A DNA stretch of 64,000 nucleotides. Source: Eukaryota sp. GEM-RC1 (taxonomy: Eukaryota). The position numbers and the translations under genes are program-made. Below, in pieces: positions 1 to 13,528 of the stretch (the first letter of the stretch is position 1; every line of letters starts with the position of its first letter). The notes beneath the pieces were generated by a model, which made no database searches, had not been told where the DNA came from, and worked only from the letters and a program-made list of their open reading frames with translations. The stretch lies in NCBI GenBank assembly GCA_040285855.1, contig JAUFOQ010000017.1:124001-188000 (forward strand), written 5' to 3'.

Positions 1-1
1 A

Positions 2-424
2 TTGTTTTTAAATATTGATGATTACCAGAAGAATTTTGTTGATGTTCCTTCATCTGAGACTATCTCTATCTCAGTTGGTCTTACTGATTCTCCAAAAACT
101 CTCAGTTTTAGTTTGACTGAGCGAAGTAAAAAGTTGTTTGTCAGAGCCAGAAGTCATTGGAATTCCCTAGTTAATAAGACGTTGGAGCTTTCGCTGGAGC
201 AACGAAGTTCTGTGTCTCATGATGACGTCAGAAATTTGATCAGACACCGAGAGAATCAACTTTCAAGTGTTTCTAAGAATTTCAATAACTTTGCAGATGT
301 CCTGGACTACTTTATTAAAATATTTGATAGTGACGACTTGTTTTCTGGCGGAATTCTTGACAGGAGTCGCCGTAAAACTAGGGCTAGCATCCTAGACATC
401 TTGCAAAAATGTCCTAGAATATAG
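2..424 (+). CDS. 3' end of an unknown protein-coding gene (runs off the window start)
   Basis: Open frame from the window edge to TAG at 422-424 with protein-like composition; no recognisable motif. Confidence 0.45.
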   Translation: MFLNIDDYQKNFVDVPSSETISISVGLTDSPKTLSFSLTERSKKLFVRARSHWNSLVNKTLELSLEQRSSVSHDDVRNLIRHRENQLSSVSKNFNNFADVLDYFIKIFDSDDLFSGGILDRSRRKTRASILDILQKCPRI

Positions 425-1680
425 TAAGTTTTTGATTTGTTTTGAACTTTTCCTATTGATGTATATTCTATCACCGTTTAATAAATCACGTGATTACTAA
501 AGGTTTGATAGTAAATGTTTTAGGTAAATCGTCTACCAGTATTGATTCAGCGAGTATTTGGAGAGCCTGAATGGTTGTCGTTTATCTTGGCTTTTCTTGA
601 AAACTAAAAGACTCAAGATGAAGATGCTCATGAGTTCGAACACACCTTGAAGAACACATTGTACAGAAAGAACTTTGATATTGATATACTAGATGATGAT
701 ACAAACTGCACTTGTATAGATACAGATTATTTGAATAGATCTAAAAAACCAAAGTACATAATTAATTAATGAGAATCTGTTTCCAAAAGCATCATTCAAA
801 AGCATCATTGAACAATAAACGATCAATATTATTTGATTATATAATTCACTCTCCTATTGTTAACCTCTGACGTATGAACATTATCATTCTAATATCGATC
901 CTTGGACACCCTAAGGCCATTTATTACAGAACACACCGTTGACTTCAATATCCAGTTGTCGAATGATCTTGATGAATGACGTTTGTCGTCAATCCCGAGG
1001 GATCACAAGTCTTGATACAATTACTTGATTTGATGAATATGTTTTTATTCAAATTCAAAAATTAGATGTAAAATCTCATCAAGTCAAGAGTGTGAGAAGT
1101 TTCATCACATATTTCTGTTAACTAGATATGCTTAAAGACTTGCAAACTTAGTAAACTTAGCAGACAATCACAACTGTTGTATCCCTCATACTCAGGGGTT
1201 GGAAATACCACTTTGATTGGGATTGTACTGTTGGATGGGACTTATGTTCTCAACAGCCGATGGAACTCCAACAGTGATACAAAGCGTCTCATTCAATTCA
1301 CATTTGTGTAGAATTAAAGAAGGATAAGGTAGATCGGTGTCACAGCATAGGTAGACAAAAGATCTACGTGCAGAAGAAGAATAATAATGATAATAAAAAT
1401 AAAAAAGAAGAAGAGAGATACGCTCATTGTTAAAACCCGTTATTGAAAGAACAACGCATCAAAACATCAAAGTAGATCGTCTTTTGTGTCGAACGAAAAC
1501 AAAGATGGTTTCATAAGCTGAGCTATCGAAGAGAAAGGTTGGGTGGAGGTTCTACTATAGGTTGGTACTCTATGGGACAGAAGGAGAAGTGATGGCACGT
1601 TATCATGTTTGCAGGGGCAAATGATGAGAAAGTCAAGATCAATAATTCTGCTAGTGGCACTCTCAGAACTCTTTGAGTAG

Positions 1681-4600
1681 ATGTCTATTGCCAAGGTGTC
1701 TTCTCTTCCAGCTGTGTGGCTTCAAGTCAAGTCTAACTTCTCCTTTACAGACTTAATCTCTTTTGCTCCTGACAATTCATCTTCTGACAGCACTCAATCT
1801 CCAAGAATTCGATCCTTATCTACCACTCCTGACCATCTTCTCCTCTTATGTAGTGACCGTTGTTTACGTATTCTTGATGCTAAATCTCTTCTCCAAGTTC
1901 ATTCGATTCCCTTCGAATCAAGACCTACATCTTTAACAGGTGTCACTTTGACCAACTCTCCTTCTACTATCTGGTGTGGTACTTCTAACAATGAGCTCAT
2001 CATCTACAACTCAACCGATTTCTCTCTTGTTAAACGTATCTCTTCCTTTTCTCATTCTATTACCTCTGTATTTGATTCGCCTACTCTCGGTGTTTTCGTG
2101 ATCACTGCCAATGGTCACGTTAGACTTTACAATAGGACTGAAGGAACTTTCCTTTCTGATATAAGTTCATTTGATGATCCTGTTAGAATCTTTACTGCTT
2201 TTCAGAATTACTTTTTCATTGTTATTAATACGTCAATAGTTAAGTTTCAAATTGATGAGTCATTTAAAGTCACCAGGTCTATCGGTGAAGACTTGCAAAT
2301 TGATGAAGTCCCTTCTGTTATTACCATTCTTGACAATGGCTATACACCCTTGTTAGTTGTTGGTACAATGAATGGTTTGATTAGGATTTATGACGTTTCT
2401 ACTGGGGATTTATTGAGTAAGGTCAAAAATCATAATCACCACGTAACTGCTATGATAGCTTCAGGTTCAACTTTATGGAGTGGCGATGATAGAGGAAATC
2501 TGGTTGTCTGGGATTTTTCAAATATTTCAGATCTTTCAAATCCATTGTGTTATAAAATTGGTGGTCATTCTGGTAAAGTAACTTCCATTACTTGTCAAGA
2601 ATCTACCACTTGGATTTCTAGTTCTGATGGATTTATAAGTTGTTGGAATAACCCAAAAGGTAGAAAAGCGTTTCTTAAGTTCTCACGGAAATCGGATGAA
2701 CATTTTGATCAAATTATGAGTGATTCGTCAAAAAGGCAAGTGTTGATGACTTCAATCAATTTGGTACTCCCATGGCCTTATCGTCACGTCATATGTCTCT
2801 TGATTCAACACCAGAGTTCATGACTCCTCCCGATTTCCCGATACGGTTTCAATCTGTTAATGATGAGGTTTTTGAGAAAATGTCTCAATTGGAAAAGAAA
2901 ATCTTCGTTTATCTGCAGAATTAAGTGAAATTAAAAGTAAAAACTCTGAACAAATGTTGAAGAAAATTTGCAAAATTCTGAAAATTCAAATGGGCGGAGA
3001 AGATTCTGAACTTTTAGAAGAAATTTCTAAATATTCCGCTCTTCAATCAGAAACTGAGCTCCTCTGTAATCTACTCTCATTGCTGTCTGTTGATTCAATT
3101 TCTGATTTACCAACTGAAATTGAGAGTATTTTAACTCAATTAAACAACGCTAATACTGCATTGGGCAAGCTTGAAACTGATAAATCTGTTGCAGAAAGAA
3201 CTGCTGCCGCAGCGGAGGCTAGTCTTACTAGTCTGAATGATGAGTTGTCACTGAAATCTACTGAATATTTAAAATTGACTGATAAATATGAGGATTTACT
3301 GACTGATTTCTCCACTGAACAACGCTCTAGACAGAAATTCAGTGAGCTTTTCAATTTGTGTCAACTAGATTTGTTTTATTCTTCAAAACGTTTGAATAAT
3401 TTGAAGCAAAACTTTGATGTACTAATTAAAAAAGTTCAAAACTTGGGCAAAAGTTTAAATATTTCTTGTTCTGAATTTCAAACAAACAACTCTGATGAGT
3501 TTGAATATTTGCAGTTTTCAATGAACCAATTTCATGATCAAATTAAAACAAACTTCTCCACTTTAAATCAGCAGATATTGACCAAAGATCAAACTATTTC
3601 TAGTCTTTCTTCACAATTGGATACTACTTTAAATGAGAATACTGGTCTTAAAGCTTTAGTTTCAGATTTAAATAACAGAGTAACTGAATTGACATCGACC
3701 CTTACCGAACTTGAATCTAGTTCCAAAGATCGTCAGACTAAATTGCAAGATCAAATTTCATCTTTAATTGAAGATAATGATGTGTTGAATTTACAACTGA
3801 CAAAAAGTGAAACTGAATTATCTGTAGCCAATACTCTTATTTCTGAATTACAAGAAAATTGTTCCAAATTGTCAACTACTAATCACCATTTGTCTGAAGA
3901 ATTAACTGAAAAGGGCTCCCAGTTATTGAATTTAGATCAACAGTTTAATAGTTTAAATTCAACGTTAGCAGAAGTACAGAGTGAAAATTTAAATTTGAAA
4001 TCAATAGGTGCTCAACAATCTGAAGAACTGAACTCTCTACAGTCCGATCTTGATGGTGTTTTGTCTTCAATCAAATTTGATTTGTCTGATTTGTCCTCGG
4101 ATTTACTTCGTAATGAACTTTCTGATTTCCAAGTTAATGAGCTTTCTGATGTAAGTTTGGTTGTTTCTAATTTGAAGAATCTGTTGGTAATGTTGTCAAA
4201 TAGTAATGCTGATCTGGATGAGAAATATTCAAATATTTCCACTACTTGTGTGGAATTAGAAGCGACTCTAGAACAATTGAAAACAGAGAATTCTAGAATT
4301 TCCAGTGATTTGTCATTGACTAATAATGAAGTTGACAGATTAAAATCAGTTCAGAACCAAACTCTTATGGAAAAGGAAGAAGTTCAGACTAAATTGCAAG
4401 ATCAAATTTCCTCTTTAATTGACGATAATGATGTATTGAATGTAAATCTGACAAAAGAGAAACTGAATTATCTGAAGCCAAGACTCTCATTTCTGAATTA
4501 CAAGAAAATTGTTCCAAATTGTCAACTACTAATCATCAATTGTCTGAAGAATTAACTGAAAAGGGCTCCCAGTTATTGAATTTAGATCAACAGTTTAATA

Positions 4601-7600
4601 ATTTAAATTCAACGTTATTAGAACTACAGAGTGAAAATTTAAATTTGAAATCAATAGGTGCTCAACAATCTGAAGTACTGAACTCTCTACAGTCCAATCT
4701 TGATGGTGTTCTGTCTTCAATCAAAAATGATTTGTCTGATTTGTCCTCGGTTTTACTTCGCAATGAACTTTCTGCTTTCCAAGTTAATGAGTTTTCTGAT
4801 GTAACTGTTGTTGTTTCTAATTTGAAGAATCAGTTGGAAATGTTGTCAAATAGTAATGTTGATCTGGATGAGAATTATTTAAATGTTTCTACTACTTGTG
4901 TAGAATTAAAAGCCACTCTAGAACAATTGAAAACAGAGAATTTTAGAATTTCCAGTGATTTGTCATTTACCAATGATGAAATTAACAGATTAAAATCAAT
5001 TCAAAAGCAAACTCTTATGGAAAAGGAAGAAGTTCAGACTAAATTACAAGATCAAATTTCCTCTTTAATTGAAGATAATGATGTATTGAATTTAAATCTG
5101 ACAAACAGAGAAACTGAATTATCTGAAGCCAAGACTCTCATTTCTGAATTACAAGAAAATTGTTCCAAATTGTCAACTACTAATCACCATTTGTCTGAAG
5201 AATTAACTGAAAAGGGCTCCCAGTTATTGAATTTAGATCAACAATTTAATAATTTAAATTCAACGTTAGCAGAAGTACAGAGTGAAAATTTAAATTTGAA
5301 ATCAATAGGTGTTCAACAATCTGAAGAACTGAACTCTCTACAGTCCGATCTTGATGGTGTTTTGTCTTCAATCAAAAATGATTTATCTGCTTTGTCTTCG
5401 GATTTACTTCGCAATGAACTTTCTGATTTCCAAGTTAATGAGCTTTCTGGTGTAACTGTTGTTGTTTCTAATTTGAAGAATCTGTTGGTAATGTTGTCAA
5501 ATAGTAATGTTGATCTGGATGAGAAATATTCAAATATTTCCACTACTTGTGTGAAATTAGAAGCCACTCTAGAACAATTGAAAACAGAGAATTTTAGAAT
5601 TTCCAGTGATTTGTCACTTACTAATGATGAAATTAACAGATTAAAATCAATTCAAAAGCAAACTCTTATGGAAAAGGAAGAAGTTCAGACTAAATTACAA
5701 GATCAAATTTCCTCTTTAATTGAAGATAATGATGTATTGAATTTAAATCTGACAAACAGAGAAACTGAATTATCTGAAGCCAAGACTCTCATTTCTGAAT
5801 TACAAGAAAATTGTTCCAAATTGTCAACTACTAATCACCATTTGTCTGAAGAATTAACTGAAAAGGGCTCCCAGTTATTGAATTTAGATCAACAGTTTAA
5901 TAGTTTAAATTCAACGTTAGCAGAAGTACAGAGTGAAAATTTAAATTTGAAATCAATAGGTGCTCAACAATCTGAAGAACTGAACTCTCTACAGTCCGAT
6001 CTTGATGGTGTTTTGTCTTCAATCAAATTTGATTTGTCTGATTTGTCCTCGGATTTACTTCGTAATGAACTTTCTGATTTCCAAGTTAATGAGCTTTCTG
6101 GTGTAACTGTTGTTGTTTCTAATTTGAAGAATCTGTTGGTAATGTTGTCAAATAGTAATGCTGATCTGGATGAGAAATTTTCAAATATTTCCACCACTTG
6201 TGTGGAATTAGAAGCCACTCTAGAACAATTGAAAACAGAGAATTCCAGAATTTCCAATGCTTTGTCATTTACCAATGATGAAATTAACAGATTAAAATCA
6301 ATTCAAAACCAAACTCTTATGGAAAAGGAAGAAGTTCAGACTAACTTAAAAGATCAAATTTCCTCTTTAATTCAAAGTAATGATGTTTTGAATTTAAAAC
6401 TGGCAAAAGAGAAACTGAATTGTCTGAAGCCAAAACTCTTATTTCTGAATTACAAGAAAATTGTTCCAAATTGTCAACTACTTATCATCAATTGTCTGAA
6501 GAATTAACTGAAAAGAACTCACAGTTATTGAATTTAGATCAACAATTTAATAATTTAAATTCAACGTTATCAGAAGTACAGAGTGAAAATTTAAATTTGA
6601 AATCAATAGGTGCTCAACAATCTGAAAAACTGAACTCTCTACAGTCCAATCTTGATGGTGTTTTGTCTTCCATCAAAAATGATTTGTCTGATTTGTTTTC
6701 GGATTTACTTCGCAATGAACTTTCTGAATTCCAAGTTAATGAGCTTTCTGATGTAAGTTTGGTTGTTTCTAATTTGAAGAATCTGTTGGTAATGTTGTCA
6801 AATAGTAATGCTGATCTGAATAAGAAATATTCAAATATTTCCACTTCTTGTGTGGAATTAGAAGCCACTCTAGAACAATTGAAAACAGAGAATTTTAGAA
6901 TTTCCAGTGATTTGTCACTTACTAATGATGAAATTGACAGATTAAAATCAATTCAGAACCAGACTCTTATGGAAAAGGAAGAAGTTCAGACCAAATTAAA
7001 AGATCAAATTTCCTCTTCACATTCGGAAATAGATGCTCTAAAATTAGAGATTTCTGGGAAAAACTCAGAATTATCTAACAATCAAAGCCTCATCGATGAG
7101 CTTAACTGTAATATTCATCATTTATCTTTGAGTAAGACTTCTCTTAATCAAGAGTTGAATCTTAAGAACGATCAAATCTCACAGTTAACTGATTCATTAA
7201 ACAATTCTCAACTACTCGAATCTAAACTGCTTAATCAAATTTCGACTTTGGAAGCGCAACGGCTATCTGTAACTAACAAGCTTGACAATCTAGTTCAAGA
7301 TTATCAGCGACTTGAGTCAAAAAGTGTAGAATCTACGTCCAAGATTTCAGAACTGGATCTGTTATTGCATCAATTCACCACTCAGTCCAATGAACAAATT
7401 TTAAATTTTCAAAATAGAGAATCAGCTCTAACTCATGACCTAAATATTTTAAAAGAACAATTACATGACAAAGAGACTGATCTTGGTAACCAAATTGCCA
7501 CTAATCTTGACTTTAAATCTACTATAAGTCAATTGGAGTCCAAAATTCAATTATTAACTGAGGAATGTTCTCACAAAGTAGAACAAAACTGTGGATTAAA

Positions 7601-9160
7601 TGATAATATTGAAACTTTAAATAAGTTAATCTCAGTGCTTGAACAAAACAATTTAGAGTTAAAAGATCAAAAATCTAAGTTGGAGAGCAAAAACTCTGAG
7701 ATGTCTGACTCCTTTAATAGTTTAACGACTGAAATCAATACCTCATTGTCATCAATCAAATCTGATCTGATTAATATTGGATGTGAATCAATTTTACACG
7801 TTCCTTCAGACTCGAGTTTCAGTAGTACTGCTAAATTTACTCTTGTAGTTTCAGAATTGTGTAAACAAATAATTGAAAATAATAGTTGTATTGATCTTCT
7901 GGAAAATCAAACTAATGAGCTAATAGTATCAGAATCTCATTCAAAGGCTCAAGTGGTGGAATTACAACAAGAAATTTCTTCACTGTCCACTAATCTAACT
8001 AACTTACTGGAAAATCACCAAAAGTTGAAATCAAAGTTGTGTCAGATATCGATGGAAAAGAAGAAATTCAGACTAAATTACAATTCAAAATTACATCATT
8101 GATCAAGTCCGTCAATAATTTAGAATCTCAAATATTTGAAAATGAGTCGTCTTTGGAGAAATATCATAATGCAAATATGGTGCTGAAAGAAGAAGTTGAT
8201 AATCAAACAACAGACAATCAAACCTTGTTAATTGAATTCGACCACTTAAATTCCGAAATTTTAAATTTAACTACAAAATTAAATTCTTCAAATGATAAGT
8301 TGACTGAATTAGAGAGTCAAAATTCAACGTTATTTGCTCAGTTTTCCGAATCTTCTAGTGCTCTCGAGTCATTAAAAGCCCAAGTTTCACACGTCATGGC
8401 CTCAATCAAATCCGATCTTTCACATTCTTGTTTCGAATCATTGTTCCCAGATCAAGATCTTTCAACAGATCTCGCCACTCTTGCTCCGTTGTTTTCCACC
8501 CTTCAATTAGAGTTTGTTAGATTAATCAAAGTTGAAAATGAGTTTCTCTCTATGGATCTACAATCGATATTAAAGAGTTTTTGTGATGAACACCGTCTGC
8601 TTACTGTTGATTCGATCCAGTATAAATCACTTGAAGAACAGTGCGTAAACTTGAAGAAGAAACGTGCCACTCAAAGAAAATTGATATTTAAATTAAGTGA
8701 ACAAAATTTAATGACTTCTTGGGAATTAGAGCATTTTAGAAGGGCATTTAATGATCTTACTGTGGATTATGACCAGCTAAAGTCCAGTCTTCCTGTCCTC
8801 ATTTTAAAATATTCAAACATTATTTCACAAAATTTGTCCAAGACAAGAACAGAATTATTTGAAGTTAAATCGGCTTTTGAATTCTACAAAACTTTAAGTT
8901 TTGATCTGGAACAGAAACTCTCGGCATCTGTTTTACATTCTACCTCTAATTTAATTTCATCTAGTAAACATTTTTCAGATTCTGAAACAACTCTGTTACG
9001 TCAAAATTTTGATGTCGTTACTCGAAAGTTGTCTGATTCGTACGCCACCAATGCCACTTTGAGAAATCAAATTTCTAATTTAATGGGTGAGTTACAAGCA
9101 CTACAGACTTTGGTCAATTTATCACAGAGCAATTTTAATGATGGTTTGACAAGTCTTTAA
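1681..9160 (+). CDS. Giant WD40-repeat plus long coiled-coil protein, copy A (about 2,490 aa once single-base frameshifts are repaired)
   Basis: ORFs 1681-2823 (WD motifs GLIRIYDV, HNHHVTAM..LWSGDDRGNLVVWD, GHSGKVTSI..ISSSDGFISCWN), 2954-4555, 4519-6507, 6420-8102 and 8039-9160 join through one-base shifts in A-runs; heptad-rich L/E/S/N/Q composition; full-length paralog on the minus strand. Confidence 0.8.
3749..7002 (+). repeat. Coding tandem repeat, 5 units of 651 bp (217 aa)
   Basis: Marker GATCAAATTTC recurs at about 3749, 4400, 5050, 5701, 6352 and 7002; peptide QDQISSLI...SELQENCSKLSTTNH...QTLMEKEE repeats. Confidence 0.95.
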
Positions 9161-11840
9161 GTGAGTAGTTTTTGTAAGGTTATCCATGTTCACCTAATAT
9201 TTGTATTGCAGAAGTTTTACTTTATTTCCTTGTAAATATGGGATTAATTTCTCATGTGTATGTTTACATACATTCAAGACACTTTATTCGGCACCCAATA
9301 AGGTAACCTTCCTACAAAACTATGAAATTGGAAAAAAAACAGACAATAAAACATACATTTCATCTACAATTTAATTAATACTGTAGTTCAAAAAAACGGG
9401 GTTTATGATCAATCAGTGAAGTGTATTTATAAAAATAAATTTATTCTTTTATCTTCTATCCATAAGTGTGCAGTGGTGTTTGAAAAAACTTCGAAAATTG
9501 CTGTGTTTACAAGCATTTCCTGGTGTTCATGTTTTGGATAAAAATTGATGGATTAATTTGTTGTAATGCCACGTGGCATCACTATAACATGATACTATTT
9601 ATAGATATAAAAAAATTTCTTGTGTACTTGCAACAACAAATTGAGAGTCTCAATTTGAGAACAGGCTACCAAAAAATTGATTCTATCTTTCACAGTTATT
9701 TAATTCAACAGATTTTGGATGTGGTTCATCAAAAGATTCAATGTTGTAAATTTCAATTTACTTTAATTAAGATTCAATTTTTGGATTCAAATTTGTTTTT
9801 TAATAATTAAACAATCTTTATAGTGATATCTTTTCTTCAGAACTTACAGTACGCCGTGTTAATCAATCCTAAATATACTCATATTTGTCTGATAGATCTA
9901 ACCTTGGCAAAAAACCAAAAGCCATGTGAACAAGTCCGTACTCATCCAGCGTCTTCTAGAAACCGTTGTCATCACATTGTGCAACCAGTGTAAAGAGAAA
10001 TCGATGAATTTGACTTCATTATGGATCAAATAAATGGAGAATTATAAGTTTGAAAGTTTCAATTCTTATTAGGGTGAACACTCAAATCTAAAATTGCAAC
10101 TCTGGAACTAATAATATACAACACTAGGGCTAGTATTAGGCGTATTACTGGACTAACCCTTCGTGGCTAGTATTAGGTTAATTCTTATAGGCTAAACATG
10201 AGATGTATACGAGGAGAGTATACGAGGAGAGTGTTCGAGAAACAAATCTTGAAGTTTGAAGTGTATTGTATTATGCTACGGTATGCATTACATCCTTCCT
10301 AAATTACTAAGTGCGACGACTTTGTGCTCGCACTTAGTAACTGCTTCCGTTCACAACAAATTTGATTCTGTCTTTCGTCTGCTAGTAGGTCATTACAGTT
10401 ATTTAATTGTACAGTTATATATAGTAGAGATGCAAAAAGGATTCATGACTTACATATAGCATGTAGTTGGTCTCTAACGGCATCATGCATAACAGAATGC
10501 GGTAAGTATTAGAGCGGTTAGCTGAAAAAACGATCAGTTTGTACTCATTTACTTAGCAGACACTAAGAGTGTTGTGTGTCTGTTCCATAGGTGTATTTAC
10601 CACTATAGATGGAAAATACAGAATACATGTATTCTGGGTATTTTGTATTTGTATTTGTATTTGGATTATTGTTGTATTATTGGTTTTTGTATTTAGTTAT
10701 TAGCATTTGCTCTTACTAATTCTATTTATTGTTACAAATGCACCTTCCCGTGACAAAAACACTGTTTGTGAAGCAAAAACAAATACATTATTATTATTTT
10801 TCTGCAAAAGTACGTACAATAGTAGTATGAAGTTGAGTGTGCTCAAGCAATTCCAGTCCATCCTATTCTGTTATGACTAGTTCTTCCAACACATTGACAT
10901 CCTCTCTATACTGTGTACATCTCAACTGTGCGGATGTCAGCGCAACAAGGTATTCTCTGAAAACCCCCTATGGAATAGGTTAACCTTGAAATGGAGAGTC
11001 AAGGGGCATGACATTTATTTTTCTTCAATTTTTTGGGAGGAACTTCATTTTTAGCATCTTTAAATGCACTGCTTTACTAATAACAACTGTAATCACATCA
11101 ACGAATTTAGAAGTTGAATCTATCTTTTTTATGTATAACATTTTTATTGACAACAACACTACAGTGTACATACATCTAATAATCAATATCCTCAAAGTCC
11201 AGATTGCTTAACTGGAAATACCAGTAGATGAAGTTGTAAACTTCACAAAAAGTTTTGTTCTTGTTGTAACATCATTTTCTAGTAGAAATGATTATTTTAA
11301 ATGGTCTTAGATAAGTAACACATATGTTGTCATCCGAAATACAACTGAAATACACTCTTAAAATAAATAATAATATGTATTCACTGTATTTGTATTTGTA
11401 TTAATACAAACGCATGAACTGGTATTTCAAATCTATGTACTGTTCAATTACTCTTGTTCAACATCATCCTGTCTTGGCATTGCTCTTATATTCCTCACTT
11501 AGAAGTCCCAGCAACAAATTGAACTGCATCAAATTTGGTTGTTGTTCTCTTGTTACTGACATATTCTTTTGTCAATAATCGTTAGGCCACTTTGTAAGAT
11601 CAGAAAATGTTCCTATCAGAATGCTAAGAGATGTTCAGTGCAATAATGGGATTATTTACCGCTTGAAGGAAATGAACGGTGACATCGATTGTCTGCGTGA
11701 TAGTGACCCAAAACCTCGTAATAAATTGATACAAGAATTAACAAATTTAAATTAATTCAAGGCTTTATTTGCAACAATAGATCAGTACAAACTACTTCAG
11801 AAAATCTAAGAAGGAAAATTATCCTAATCAACAAGAGAAC

Positions 11841-12680
11841 CAGGGATTGGAAAAATATATTTATATTTATTGTGTTTCAACAATATTTATTGACAATATG
11901 AGATCTTGAACAATATGGTATTGTTATTGTGAACAATAAATATATATTTATGGACAATATATTGCAATATTGGAAAACACATAAAAGAAGCAGTTTACTT
12001 GAAACTCAAATTTATTCTACGATATAATGATCCTGCGAACTGTGTTCTCGTCCCGGAAGTCACGATTGTAGAGCAAGAACAATTGCTTTTCAAAGGTAGA
12101 CGGATCCAATGTATGTCTGTGACATTCTAAAGTAAGCTTTGAACGACTGAAAAGCCCCTCCACTTTGTTCGATGTTGCACGAATGAACGATGGATCAATG
12201 TAGTCCGAATTTTTAGTGGTAGAATCAATTGTGTCTAGTTGAGAAGATATGTTGACAGTCGAAGGTGCCGAAGTGGCACTCATTCTCAATCTCTTTACTG
12301 CTTCTTTTTCTGAATCAGTGAGAGTAGATTCTTTAACTTCTAGTATCTGTATCACCCCTAGTTCGAAATCAGGAGAATGCCAGATAGTGGAGGGCGGATT
12401 ATACGAGGTGTATTGCTTCATCGTTGAGTATTCCCTTTTTCCTTCCCTCGTAAGAAAGCAATGTATGTTCTTTTATACAATGTATTCTCCCACAGCGATT
12501 CTAAACAACACTGGTGTAAAAACTTTTACACTGACAATAACTAACAGTATATTACAGTATATTGTTATTGTACGTGTACCAACAATACCATATTGTTATT
12601 GTGTATGTACCAACAATACCATATTGTTATTGTAACAATGACAATATATTGCGGTATCAATATATTTTTTCCAATCCCTG
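11841..12680 (-). mobile_element. Non-autonomous hAT transposon retaining the C-terminal dimerisation-domain fragment
   Basis: TIRs CAGGGATTGGAAAAA / TTTTTCCAATCCCTG; 8-bp TSD AAGAGAAC (11833-11840, 12681-12688); ORF 12017-12421(-) has hATC-like ATSNKVEGLFSRSKLTLECHRHTLDPSTFEKQLFL; subterminal ATTGTTATTG/ACAATA repeats. Confidence 0.92.
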
Positions 12681-12830
12681 AAGAGAACTAACAATTTACA
12701 GTACAATTCGACATTGCAAAAATTGTTTGCGGAATTTTATTTGTGTTATTTAACATCCCTGAGCTCTCACTGTAATGGAATTGGACTTAAATTATTGAAG
12801 TATGAAGAACAACGGAGTGATAAATTAAAC

Positions 12831-13492
12831 CAGTGTTATCAATTTTCAGAATGCGAAAAATGCGTCAAATGCGCGCATTTTGCGCATTTTGACGCATTTT
12901 TCGCATTTGGGATTTTGTGATCTTGCGCATATTGACTTTGAGATTTTTTTCTGAATCTTTTTGTTGTGCTTCTGTATAAGTCTCTATATACAATAACAGT
13001 GATGTTGATCTCAAAACAGTGTTTTGCAGTACCTCGTTCGTTGGACATATGCAAAGTTGTATTGTATACAAACCAATGAACATTCTTTTGATATCACAAT
13101 GGTTTTAAATCTGTGAAGTTAGTGGGATTCAACCAAAACTTTTGATCAAAAGTCTGTTTAACCCATATTTACGAACAATGTAAATCGATACAGAACCATA
13201 AACGGTTAATCTTATATAAAATACTGAATGAAATATGGTTTACAGACCATTTATTAAGACACCAACGTCCACTGTATGTCCTTAAAGTTGAAACACATTT
13301 TCTGTATAGAGTATGTGATCAACATTAACAGTTGTTTAATGAGATTGGTCAATGAGAAGAGGATGTGACGAAAAAGATTTTCATTTATGGGGTGTCTCAA
13401 GTTCGAAATCAAAATGCGCACGTAAAATGCGCGCATTTTGGCGCATTTTGGCGCATTTCATTTCTGGAAAAAGTGCGCATTTGATAACACTG
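12831..13492. mobile_element. hAT-type MITE
   Basis: TIRs CAGTGTTATCAA / TTGATAACACTG; 8-bp TSD AATTAAAC (12823-12830, 13493-13500); GCGCATTTT repeats clustered at both ends. Confidence 0.92.
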
Positions 13493-13528
13493 AATTAAAC
13501 TAAAATTGTAAAATTTCGATTCCAAGGA

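Noticed and set aside
895..1270. Faint integrase-like (LVIP..R) and hAT-end-like (CAGGGGTTGGAAATAC) traces
   Set aside because: Too short and degenerate; no partner end or TSD found.
10586..11437. Possible further hAT element (CATAG...CTATG ends, TGTATT repeats)
   Set aside because: TIRs are degenerate and the flanks match at only 6 of 8 bases (GTCTGTTC / TACTGTTC); not enough to call.
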